64,000 nucleotides of DNA from Octopus sinensis (Eukaryota). The notes beneath the pieces are model-generated. The model worked only from the letters and a program-made list of their open reading frames with translations. It ran no database searches and was not told the DNA's origin. Every line of letters starts with the position of its first letter. Within the stretch, counting starts at the first letter, position 1. The position numbers were made by a program, and so were the translations under genes. The stretch lies in contig NC_043023.1 in NCBI RefSeq assembly GCF_006345805.1, forward strand, positions 12,338,001 through 12,402,000. The letters are read 5' to 3'. Positions 41,901 to 54,500 of this stretch are shown here, piece after piece.

Positions 41901-44900
41901 AATTCCTCAAAATCCAAACGCAGGCATTTTTAGCAATCAAGTTAACTCAGAGTCAATATTTTTACAGATTATGACAGGTTTGACGTTCACACTGACGGTA
42001 TTCAAATTGATGATGGGAAAAACCCTGAAGGACAGCTGACAAAACAGACTTCATTGTCGTAATGTTTTAATAAATCCTGGCATTGGTACAGTTACAATTG
42101 TTGTGAATACCCAGGTGGATGGATGTAGCTTTTTTCAAGAGAATGGTTTAGCACAGATGTCACTCTGACCTGGCTTCTCTTCTGTAGGAATGTATTCATT
42201 TACAGTTAAGTCTATGAGAGAATGATTTACAATAGATATGACCATGATGTAGATTTTGTGTGGTATGAAAATGTACATTCGCAAGAGAATGATTTACCTC
42301 AGGTGTCACAATGATAATGGCTTCTCTCCAGAATGAATATGTTTGTTACTAGTTAAATCACAATTTGCAGAGAATGATTTATCACAGATATCACAGTGAC
42401 ATGGTTTTTCCCTCGTATGAATGTATCTGAAATTCGTTAAATGATAATTTTGAGAAAATGATTCATCACAGATATCACAATGGTATGGCTTTTATCCTGT
42501 ATGTGTATATTCATGCCGAGTCAAGCTACTCCTACGCGAGAATGATTTATCACAGATATCACAATTATATAGCTTTTTTCCTGTATGTGTACGTTTGTGT
42601 CTAGTCAAAATACTCCTATGCGAAAATGATTTATCACAGATATTACAATGATAAGGCTTTTCTCCCGTATGTGTGCGTTTGTGTTCAGTCAAGGTACCTC
42701 TTTGAGAGAATGATTTACCACAGATATCACAATGATATGGCTTTTCTCCTGTATGTGTATATTTGTGATGAGTCAAGCTATTCCTTTGAGAGAATAATTT
42801 ACCACAGATATCACAATGATATGGCTTTCCTCCTGTATGTGTATATTTGTGTTCAGCCAAGGTATTCTTAAAAGAGAATGATTTACCACAGATATCACAG
42901 TGGTAAGGCTTTTCTCCTGTATGTGTACGATTGTGTACAGTCAAGTTACTCCTTCGAGGGAATGATTTACCACAGATATCACAATGATATGGCTTTTCTC
43001 CTGTATGTGTAAGTTTGTGGCGAGTCAAGTCATTACGTTTAGAGAATGATTTACCACAGATATCACAATGATAAGGCCTTTCTCCCATATGTGTGCGTTT
43101 GTGTTCAGTCAAGGTACCTCTTTGAGAGAATGATTTACAACAAATATCACACTGATATAGCTTTTCTCCTGTATGTGTATATTTGTGATGAGTCAAGTTA
43201 CCCCTTAGAGAGAATGATTTACCACAGATATTACAATGATATGGCTTTTCTCCTGTATGTGTACGTTCGTGTTGAGTTAAATCGCCATTTTGAGAAAATG
43301 ATTTACCACAAATATCACAGTGATATGGTTTTTCTCCAGCACGTGTACATTTGTGTCTAGTTACGTCTGAACTGCGAGAGAATGATTTACCACAGATATC
43401 ACATTGAAATGGCTTTTCTCCCATGTGTGTATATTTGTGTTTAGTCAAGGTACTGCTGTCAGAAAATGATTTATCACAGATATCACAATGATAAGGCCTT
43501 TCTCCTGTATGTGTACGTTTGTGTCTAGTCACCTTCGAACTTTGAGAGAATGATTTACCACAGATATCACAGAAATATTGTTTCTCTCTTGTATCTGGGT
43601 CTTTTGGTTTAATTGAATTATTCATTATGACAGAATAATTTATTATACATATCACAATAATAATGTTTCCTTCATCTCTATAAACATCTTTGTTTTCAGT
43701 TCCAGAAAAGAATTTGAAGCTGTGTTTCTTTCTTCTGTGATCTTAATTAATATCTAAATCAGCAGGTGAAAATCGTCAACTCGTTTGTAAAGGTATCCAA
43801 CCTTAATTAACATGTAAGGCAATCACTTCGTCTGCATTCCAAACAGTGAAGACAAGAAAAAATATTGTATTCTTAGATTGTATTCATATAAATTTTGATG
43901 TATTGATGAATGCTGCTGATAAATTATGTCATCTTGCTTTAGTTGATGAAACAACGTCAAAATATGAAAGGCACATCTGAATGAAGAAGTTTCTTGTGGG
44001 TCAACATAAGGTGATATTCTGAAATAGGAAAAGAAACATCAAGATAAAGAGAATAGTTAAATGATACACTAATTCAACGTTGCAAAATTTAACAATGTCA
44101 TCTATTAAATGTTGTTAGGGGTCAGAGTTCCTTGAGGCATTGAAAGACTGGCATAATGACAAGCACTACACCCTAAATTTGTTTTCTCAAGCCAATCAAA
44201 AGAAAATCAATATTTGGGAGTAACTTCGGTATAGGTACCGGATACATTTCAAAAAAATGTTTTTTTTTATATATATGGGGGGTTAGTGTTAGGGGTGGGA
44301 GAAAAGTGTTTCTGTTATCCTCAAAAATGTAAACAACGCCACTTCCGGTACCTATAACGAAGGATCGCCAATGTTTGATATACCCAAAACGAGGAATCAT
44401 ATTTTCTCAACGTTGCTATGTTCTTAATTCTATGTGATGACTGTAACTTCGAAGGGTTCATATAATCCTACAGAGAGGGAAAGAATTCATGACTCAATTA
44501 TTAGTCATCTGTCCTAGCATGCTTCGTTTATTATTTAAATTTACTATTTTATTTCTTAATAAGTGTATTAATGAATAATAATATATTAAATAAATTTAAC
44601 GAACAAGGGAGACATGGATTCTGGTCAACCGTGTATTATTTAGAGGAAGAATCCTTTGCTTATCGGACAAAATGCTCAACAGCATCTCGTTCTTCTACAG
44701 TTTGGTTAAGCGGCATTTAATCGTTTTTCAGTCTCAGACTCGTCAAGATTCTTTTGTTAGTTTCAGTGAGCACGAGAGCACGTGTTGTCAGCCCTAAATT
44801 AATGAAATATCATCAGTAATACGGCTTTTTTGACATCGATCTCGTTTTCTTCTTAGAAATTTACATACACAAACGAAGCAGGTAAGAAGGAACCCTAGCC

Positions 44901-45688
44901 GCATACACACACATGCACAGAAATGCATACATACATCTATATAACTTGGACATTATAAATATGCAAGGCTTTTCTCAAGTTTAAACTGCCACATTGATTT
45001 TGTTATCTACATTCCACACAAATACAGAGAAGAAATATGTATGTGCATCGAGAGAGCATTATTAGTGATAATATTTCATGTGTTTATAGTTGACAGCATG
45101 TGCTATAACGAAAGGGGGACCAACGAATGAACCTTCACAAAAGGATGTTTAGCATAGAAGTTCGTGAGGAAAAATTGAATTTGTTATTTCAAAAGGATTA
45201 TATTTTCCTCAAAGTTACGAGGGAAAAACATCGGATCTTGTGAATTTTCCGAAAGCCTCTCCCAACCCCGTTGCTTTCAGAGCATTTTTGTGTTTAGATT
45301 CGTCCCCTACGTGGATGTGAAATAAAAGGGTTTAGTTAGCTCAGGGCTATAGTAGAAGACACTTATTGGATCTTTTCGGTTTGAACTATAGTTTTTTCTA
45401 GCAGTGTCATATGAAATTGTCACCCATAATTATGACCCTAGTATCGATCTATTGCATTTCAATCTGTTTTAGGGTTAGGGGTGTGGGAAGGGTATCCTTT
45501 TTTTCTTCAGAAATGTAAATAAACCCAATGTTTCTTAAACGAGGAACATATTCATACGGCACAGAATGTTTGTTTTTTTTACATCAATAGACGTAATTGA
45601 TCGGTTGAAATTGCAGAAATTGAAGAAAAAAAAACAACAAATATCTTACAAACCATAGAATTTTCTCAATTAAAGACAAGAGAAAAAG
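38997..45688 (-). repeat. Right arm of inverted segmental duplication
   Basis: Reverse complement of 19301-25991 with only scattered SNPs and 1-bp indels. Confidence 0.95.
42492..43625 (-). CDS. C2H2 zinc-finger protein, 13 fingers (identical protein to 21364-22497)
   Basis: ORF track shows an identical 387-aa translation; acceptor at 44019-44020. Confidence 0.9.
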   Translation of the reverse strand: MNNSIKPKDPDTREKQYFCDICGKSFSQSSKVTRHKRTHTGERPYHCDICDKSFSDSSTLTKHKYTHMGEKPFQCDICGKSFSRSSDVTRHKCTRAGEKPYHCDICGKSFSQNGDLTQHERTHTGEKPYHCNICGKSFSLRGNLTHHKYTHTGEKLYQCDICCKSFSQRGTLTEHKRTHMGERPYHCDICGKSFSKRNDLTRHKLTHTGEKPYHCDICGKSFPRRSNLTVHNRTHTGEKPYHCDICGKSFSFKNTLAEHKYTHTGGKPYHCDICGKLFSQRNSLTHHKYTHTGEKPYHCDICGKSFSQRGTLTEHKRTHTGEKPYHCNICDKSFSHRSILTRHKRTHTGKKLYNCDICDKSFSRRSSLTRHEYTHTG

Positions 45689-46880
45689 GTTAATATCTAG
45701 ACCCGCACCCGGTGGAAAAAATGGAAACGCAAATGTGTAACAGTTGTAAGGCATCGTATATTGACGTAATAAGATGGAAAAAAAGGGCGCTGACGAACGG
45801 GGGTGGGGGAGGGGGGTCGGAAGGAGGTGGGGGGGGTCGGAAAATTCCCAGGATCAACCTGGAATCTAAAATGTGTAACAGTTGTAAGGCATCGTATATT
45901 GACGGAATAAGACGTAAAAAAAGGGCGCTGACGAACGGGGGTGGGGTGGGGGGTCGGAAAATTCCCAGGATCAACCGTAGAGGATCCACGCCCAGGTGGC
46001 AAAAATGGAAAAAAATATGTGTAAGAGGTGTAAGGCATCGTATATTGAAGGAATATGACGAAAAAAAAGCGCGCTGACAAACGGGGGGGGAGGGCGCTCG
46101 GAAAATTGCCTACGATTTAAAGAAAAATTTACCATCAATTTTCACCATTTAAACGCATTGTTGGCATAAGGGAAGTAACTCTCTAAAAATCTCTATATAA
46201 ACGGCAGTTTTTCTGTGTGTCTGTCAGGTTGTACCCTCACCCTGACCACGGCTTTCAACCGATTCTGATGAAACTTGACACACACATAGCCCAATGTCAT
46301 AATTCAAAACTAACGCAGCGAAAATTTTGAAAAGTTCCCCCAGTTCTGAAAAAAATCGATAGATTCGACATGGGGTCGAGAATTTCAATTTTTTTGCTAT
46401 TTTCAATATTTTTCAATATTTTTGCTAAAAATGCTTTATAGTTATTTCCCTTACAAACTCGAGCAACGCCGGGCGATACTGCTAGTCTATATATATATTT
46501 TTTTTTATTTTACAAACAAAAAGTGAAAACTGAAGTAATGGAATTTGAATTTTTGAAGTTGCGATTGATAATTATTCTGTGACAATCAATAATATTGGGA
46601 AAATATAATCTGTACTTACCACATGCGTGGTAGATTTGCTGATTATTTTCAACAAATCTACCACGCTTCTATTTCAAATTCTTTAACGTTGTCCTGTGAA
46701 TTTTCCGACCCCCCCCCCACTCCCCCCTTCCGACCCCCTCCCCCCTTCCGACCCCCCTCCCCCACTCCCGTTCGTCAGCGCCCTTTTTTTCCGTCTTATT
46801 ACGTCAATATACGATGCCTTACAACTGTTACACATTTGCGTTTCCATTTTTTCCACCGGGTGCGGATCTAGATATTAACC
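45688..46880. mobile_element. Foldback/TIR element (~170-bp TIRs, G-run subrepeats)
   Basis: GGTTAATATCTAGACCCGCACCCGGTGG... is mirrored by ...CCACCGGGTGCGGATCTAGATATTAACC. The left subrepeat occurs 3 times. Confidence 0.85.
46190..46485 (+). mobile_element. Non-autonomous Helitron nested in the foldback element
   Basis: A|TCTCTATATAAACGGC start; CTCGAGCAACGCCGGG...CTAG|T end, similar to 1084-1451. Confidence 0.65.
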
Positions 46881-47274
46881 TTATTATTATTAGTAGTAGT
46901 ATTATCACCATCACAACTTTAAAGTAAATCTTCGTCAATTTAGCCTCATTAACAACGGGACAACGTTAATTAATATGGTATTCTTCAATCGGTTTCCTCT
47001 CATTCTGCTAATTAATTATGCCACATTACTCTCATTTTATAAATTAATTTCCTTTATATCACATGTAACAGTCGATCATAGGTTTTCATAAACAATAAAT
47101 CAACATTTCAGTTCGGAATTTGTTAATTAAGACGAGCAAATATATTTTCTTAATTGTTGTCAGGTTCCCGCTTCGAAAAATAATTACTGTAACATCGAGA
47201 GGGTCACAGAATTCTATTATTTACCTTATTATTAGTAGTATTATCAACACTATTACAGCCTTAAAGTAAATCTT

Positions 47275-47430
47275 TGTCAACTTACCGTATTCACAAATAA
47301 ACAGCGACTCAGTATTCGGTAATTAAGCACCTTAATTGATAATTAATTGAATGGAGGTTGAAGTGCTGTAGAAGTTATTTCCCTTGTGATAATTCAATTC
47401 CTCAGTTCTCCAATAGATGGCGCTACTGAC
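47275..47430 (-). promoter_or_regulatory. CTCF-like motif plus first-exon donor cassette
   Basis: CCAATAGATGGCGCT at 47410-47424; ACTTACCGTATTC at 47280. Confidence 0.55.
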
Positions 47431-49674
47431 TGGTTGGTTCCCTTTAAAATTTAATTAAACAAGGCACTACTAGCGAATAGTGGTCCCGGTGCGCGCACTC
47501 GCGCCAGCTAGTCATGGTTAGTCGATCCTTACTTTGTGTTTTATTTACTTTACTCTTTTAATTGTTTCAGTTATTCACCGCTTTTAGTCGAGCAAATCGA
47601 CCCCGGGACTTATTGTTGTAAGGATTTGGTCGGCCCGAGGCTATAGTGGAAGACACTTGCCCAAGGTGCCACGCAGTGGGACTGAACCCGGAACCATGTA
47701 GTTCGTAAGCAAGCTACTTACCACACAGCCACTCCTGCGCCTTTGTTTATTAAAATTGAATAAAATTATTTATTTTGTGTTTTTGTGTTTTATTTATTTT
47801 GTTTAACAAAAATTATTTATTTTGTGTAAAAAAATTATTTACTTTGTGTTTCGTTTACTTTGCTAGCTAATCGTTGTAGGATCGACTAGTCACGACTAGC
47901 TAGCGCGGATACGCGCACAGGGACACTTCTTCTTAAGTGGTACCCTTCTTAAATAATGCCTTAATAATAATATAAATAATAGATTTCTGTGAACTTCTCT
48001 CGATGTTGGAGTAATTATTTCGAAGCGGGAACCTGACAACAATTAGGAAATTATATTTGCTCGTCTTAATTAATAACTTCCAAACTGAAATGTTTATCTG
48101 TTGTTTATGGAAACCTATAATCCACAGTTACACGTGGTATAAAGGAAATTAATTATTAAAATGAGAGTAATGAGGCCCTGTCAGGGTATTTAGCTGTCGA
48201 GAGCCATATTAATTAGTGTTGTTAATGAGGCACTGATAAAACGGTAAGTCGACGAAGATTTATTTAAAGGTTATATTAATAATAGTAATGATGATGAGGG
48301 ATTTAAATTTTGGCCCAGGACCAGAAATCTTTGATGCGAGTGAGAAGTCGAACCCATGGAACCCAGTGTTTCCTGAAAGGGATGAAAGGCAAAGTCGATG
48401 TCGACCGTATTTGAACTCAGGACTTTGCGCGCGAAATCGTCATTTAATTTAAATTCATTTCAGGGTCCATAAATAATAATGATGACAAGGAACCTTTTTA
48501 CTTAAGGCACAGGGCCTGTAATTTGATGGGTTGACGTAATTCTATTGTCTGGACCCTAGCTTTTTACTGCTTCGTATTTTATTGACCCCGAAAGGACGAA
48601 AGGCAAAGTGAACCTCGGTGGAATTTGAACTTTCAGGGTAAAAAGACGGACGAGTGTTACATGTGATATGATTAAAGATTTGGCAGATTAACGGTAAATC
48701 GAAATCGTTTGATGTTCGTTACATTTAATTACTACATAATGAGAGAAAAGGTGCCTAATTAATTTTGATAGACTTACTAATTGGTCTGGTGTAAGTACAT
48801 AAATGTGCCCCACCGTCTTTCTTTCCTTGGAACTTTTGGGTTGGTATTTTTTAATGAAATTTTCCATGACTATATTTCGGATGCTGTAGTTTGTGATTAT
48901 ATCCAAATTGGATGTGGAAACCTTTTCTCCGAGACAGTGCTATGAAAAGGAATTTCCTATGATTCACATACCTCTGTCTTCTTTCGTTATAATTTACTGA
49001 AGAAGTTGTGTTATACTGAAAGTTTGTAAAAAGTACTATTCCAGTGTTATAGTTTACGAGTATATTCTACCAGTATACGAAGTTTAAAAGTGTTTAGTTG
49101 ACTAGAAATTGTGTTGACATGTGCCGTTCAAAAGGAAAAGATCCTGCCATTCTTTCAATGCCTCAATGAACTCTGACCCCTAAAAACATTTAATGGATGA
49201 CAGTGTTCATGTTGTAAAATTTGCAACATTGAATTAGTGTATCATTTAACTATTCTCTTTATCTTGATGTTTCTTTTCCTATTTCAGAATATCACCTTAT
49301 GTTGACCCACAAGAAACTTCTTCATTCAGATTTGCCTTTCATATTTTGACGTCGTTTCATCAACTAAAGCAAGATGACGTAATTTATCAGCAGCATTCAT
49401 CAATACATCAAAATTTATATAAATACAATCTAAGAATACAATATTTTTTCTTGTCTTCACAGTTTGGAATGTAGACGAAGTGATTGCCTTACATGTTAAT
49501 TAAGGTTGGATAACTTTACAAACGAGTTGACAATTTCCACCTGCTGATTTAGATATTAATTAAGATCACAGAAGAAAGAAACACAGCTTCAAATTCTTTT
49601 CTGGAAATAGTTACAAAACTGAAAACAAAGATGTTTATAGAGATGAAGGAAACATTATTATTGTGATATGTATA

Positions 49675-51231
49675 ATGAATTATTCTCTCACAATGAATAA
49701 ATTAACTGAAGCAAAAAACGATGATACAAGAGAGAAACAATGTTTCTGTGATATTTGTGGTACATCATTCAATTATAATAGTCAGTTGACTAGTCACAGA
49801 CATATCCATACTGGAGAAAAACCATATCACTGTGATATATGTGATAAATCATATTCTTTAAGTAGCAACTTAACTTAACACAAACGTACACATACAGGAG
49901 AAAAACCATATCATTGTAATATCTGTGGTAGATCATTCTCTCAAAAGAGCCACTTGACTCATCACAAACATACGCATACAGGTGTAAAGCCATATCATTG
50001 TGATATCTGTAGTAAATCATTCTCTCTAAGGGGTAACTTGACTAACCACAAATATACACATACAGGAGAAAAGTCGTATCATTGTGATATCTGTGGTAAA
50101 TCATTTTCTTTAAGTAGCAACTTAACTCAACACAAATATACACATACTAGAGAAAAGCTATATCATTGTGAAATCTGTGGTAATTCATTCTTTCAAAAGA
50201 GTCACTTGACTCATCACAAATATACACATACAGGAGAAGAGCCATATCATTGCGATATCTGTGGTAAATCATTCTCTCGGAGGTGGAACTTGGATCTGCA
50301 CAAACATACACATACAGAACAAAAGCTATATAATTGTGATATCCGTAGTAAATCATTCTTGTGTAGGACTAACTTGACTAAACACAATCGTACACATACG
50401 GGAGAAAAGCCTTATCATTGTGATATCTGTGGTAAATCATTCTCTCAAAGGAGTAACTTTTCTAATCACAAACGTACACATACAGGAGAAAAACCATATC
50501 CTTGTGATATCTGTGGTAAATCATTCTCTTCAAGGAATACCTTAGCTGAACACAAGTATACACTTATGGGAGAAAAGCCTTATCATTGTGATATCTGTGG
50601 TAAATCATTCTCTTTCAAGAATACCTTGGCTGAACACAAATATACACATACAGGAGAAAAGCCATATCGTTGTGATATCTGTGGTAAATCATTCTCTCAA
50701 AATAGCATTTTAACTCATCACAAACGTGTTCATACAGGAGAGAAGCCTTATCATTGTGACACCTGTGGTAAATCCTTTTCTGAACATCGTTGTTTGACTA
50801 ATCATAAACGTATCTGTGGTAAATCATTCTCTGGAAGGAGTACCTTGACTGAACACAAACGTACACATACAGGAGAAGAGCCGTTTCGTTGTGATATCTG
50901 TGGCAAATCATTTTCGTGTAGGAGTCCCTTGGCTCAACATAAACGTACTCATACAGAAGAAAAGCCATATGATTGTGATATCTGTGGTAGGTCCTTCTCT
51001 AAAAGGTGTAACTTGACTAAACACGAGTGTACACATGCAAAAGTAAAGCCGTATCTTTGTAACATTCTCTTATGGGTGCAACTTGATTCAACACATACAT
51101 ACATATACTCTCACACTATCCGCTCAGTCGAAGTCGACTCTCGGTTACTCGATGAATCAGTGTTTTCCAGTCAGTTCTATCCTGGGCCGCTTCTTTCAGA
51201 TTGGCTATGTCCTTTCCGGTATCACTCTTGA
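49675..51231 (+). pseudogene. C2H2 ZNF gene (~16 fingers, several degenerate) with in-frame TAA in finger 2 and a LINE-derived C-terminus
   Basis: ORFs 49663-49878 and 49954-51231 are in the same frame. TAA at 49876 corresponds to CAA in the sister finger (~50128). Acceptor at 49287. Confidence 0.8.
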
Positions 51232-51560
51232 TGGTGTCAAGCCAGCGGGTTCTTTGTCGGCCTCTTCCTCTCTTGCTACTGACCATTCCGAGCATGATGT
51301 TCTTCTCCAGGGATCTTCTCCGCATAATATGACCGAAATATGCCAATCTATGCTTGGTGATCCCAGCTTCTATCGACATTTTCGGCCTGATCTGCTTAAG
51401 AACTTCTCCATTGGTGAGCCTCGCTGTCCATGGAATCCGCAAAAGTCTTCTCCAACACCAAAACTCGAATGCATTATTTCTCTTCTGGTCAGCTTTCTTT
51501 AGTGTCCAGGTCTCGCATCCATATGTTGCTATTGGGAAGACAACTGCATTCACCAATCTG
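51092..51560 (-). mobile_element. RTE-clade LINE 3' fragment (duplicate of 27365-27832)
   Basis: ORF 51116-51589 translation ending RWLDTIK...DRTDWKTLIHRVTESRLRLSG. Confidence 0.9.
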
Positions 51561-54500
51561 TATTTATATATACATGTATATATATACATATACAGCAGAA
51601 AAGAAATATCCTAATATCTGTGTTAAATCATTCTCTTAAAGGACTTGACTCAACACAAACATACACATCATCATCATCATCATTTTACGTCTGCTTTCCA
51701 TGCTAGCATGGGTTGCACGAATGACTGAGGGCTGGCGAACCAGGTGGCTGCACCAGGCTTCAATCTTGATCTGGCAGAGTTTCTACAGCTGGATGCCCTT
51801 CCTAACGCCGACCACTCTGAGAGTGTAGTGGGTGCCTTTACATGCAACTGGCATGGGGCCAGTCAGGCGCCTCTGGCAACGAACTCGCTTGAATCTTTTA
51901 CACATGCCACCGGCGCATGTGCCAGTAAGGTGACGCTGGTAACGGTCACGCTTGAATGGTGTTTTTTACGTGCCACCGGCACATAGTAAATCCATGTCTT
52001 TGTAATATGTAGTAAATCATTCTCTTATTGGACTTGACTCAACACAAACATACACATACAAGAGAAAAGCCATATTCTGATACCTGTGGTAAATCATTTT
52101 CTAAAAGGTATCACTTGACTACGCACAAGCACTGTAAACACCCAGGTACTTTGTGCACCCGTGTAATTGACAGAGATGATATTTGTTAAAAGAAAGTGTC
52201 CTACTTATGTAAAATTCTCACCTCAAACCTTTGAGTATTGCCGAGACAGCCAGGGATAAATGTTTTCAATTTAGTTTTTATTCAGCAGAATTTCACTTAC
52301 TCCTGATTGGATTTAATTAAATTTTTATTAAATAAAAATAATTTCTATTGAACAGGTATCACATTGAAATCTATTAAATTACAAAGTGCTTGTGTTGTTT
52401 ATAATAAACTTTATTTTACACTAGCAGTATAACCCGGCCTTTATTTCAAGTCAAACTAAGTAATATTGACTCTCAACAAAACACTTTTTTACTGGGCGTA
52501 AAATAAAAACAAAACTCTTTCGCACCCAAAGTAATGTGTGTGAGAGAGAGAGGGGGAGAAAGATGAATGATTTAAAATAAATATATTGTAATTGTTGTGT
52601 GAGAAAGTATATATACTATGATTATAAAATATAGTGTCTTTCAAAACCATCCTGAATTTGAACACTATATCTCGTGTTTAAGAAAAACCAAAACATTTTA
52701 CATTTTATATTTTATGAACGTCGTCACTCACTCTCTCTCACTTTGTCTTTCCCGTTTTCAAGAGAGTGTGGATTACATTAAATTGAAAATTGAGAGAAGT
52801 TAGAGTGATACCGAAGTCATTGGAGAGATAAATAAGGATTAACAATTAATCTAAAAGGAAAAACACGGTTAGTTTGTGTATGAAACAACTAAACGTATAA
52901 TTATTAAAACAAAGTTATCTTTTAATAACTGTTAGAGTCACTGAATATAATATATATAAGGTATAATAATCCCAGATTGCAGAATAAATTTGAAACGCTA
53001 AAGCAGTTTCCCTTTGCAATTTCTGGCGAAGAAATCACGTGTCTTCTTTGTGTCGAGTGAGTGAGAGAGAGAGACAGCGATTGATTGACAAATTTCACCT
53101 AAACTTTCAATGTCATAACAATATATCATATATAGTATCATCATCATTTAACACCTGCTTTCCATGGGTTAGACGGTTCGACGGAGGACTGGCAACTCAC
53201 AAAGATGAACCAGGCTGCAATCAGTTCTTGGAAGCTGGATGCCCTTCCTAACACCAAACACTTCAAGAATGTAGTGGTTGCTGAAAACCTTGTATATTTA
53301 GAAGTTCTACAGAATTAAACTGTGATTGCTTCCAAGATTTGTTTTACTGATATTGTTTATACACATGTCGTCTGATAGAATTGTTCTGAAAATGTATTTT
53401 TTATCGGAATAAATACGTTCATTTCCTTTAACAATTTTGTTACCATAATTAGAAGATTCAAGCAAGATCGTTGCCAGTACCGCCTGACTGGCCCCGTGCC
53501 AGTTGCATGTAAAAGCACCCACTACACTCTCGGAGTGGTTGGCGTTAGGAAGGGCATCCAGCTGTAGAAACTCTGCCAGATCAAGACTGAAGCCTGGTGC
53601 AGCCAGTTGGTTCGCCAGTCCTCAGTCAAATCAGCCAACCCATGCTAGCATGGAAAGCAAACGTTAAATGATGATGATGATGATATATAATGTAAAAAGC
53701 ACCCACTACATTCTCAGAGTGGTTGGCATTAGGAAGGGCATCCAGCTGTAGAAACTCTGCCAGATCAAGACTGAAGCCTGGTGCAGCCATTTGATTCGCC
53801 AGCCCTCAGTCATTCGTCCAACCCATGCTAGCATGGAAAGCAGACGTTAAACGATGATGAATTCTGTTGAGAGGCTCTGTGTTTCTTTCAATTAATTTTA
53901 AATATAACAAACAGCTTCATAAAATAACTTGGTGGTTATCATTAACCTGGTGTTGGAACATAAGTTGTGACTAAAGTTTGATGAAAAATTTAAAATCAGA
54001 ACTCATAAAAACAAGACATTTATTTGTACTACAGAGTCTGAGGGGGTGCCTGCCAGCTGGGTTGGTGTCAAAAGGCGGTGAGCTGGCAGAAACGTTAGCA
54101 CGCCGGGTAAAATGCGTAGCCGTTACGTTCTGAGTTCAAATTCCGCCGAGGTCGACTTTGCCTTTCATCCTTTCGGGGTCGATTAAATAAGTACCAGTTA
54201 CGCACTGGTGTCTATATAATCGACTTAATTCGTGTGTCTGTCCTTGTTTGTCCCCTCTGTGTTTAGTAAAGAAATAGGTATCAAAAGGGTTAACATTCCT
54301 TGAAACTCCGGGCAACGCCGGGTACTTAGGCTACTATATATGTGTGTTTGTATGCATGTATATATGTGGGTATGTGTATAAATGTGTGTATCTGTTTTTC
54401 CCTCAGCCATCGCTTAACAACTGGTATTGGTGTGTTTATGTCCCTGTCTTGGGGTCAATTTCTTATTTCTTTATCGCCCACAAAGAGGTAAACACAGAGA

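Noticed and set aside
45690-46080. Pro/Gly-rich ORFs
   Set aside because: Arise from G/C runs in foldback-element TIR subrepeats.
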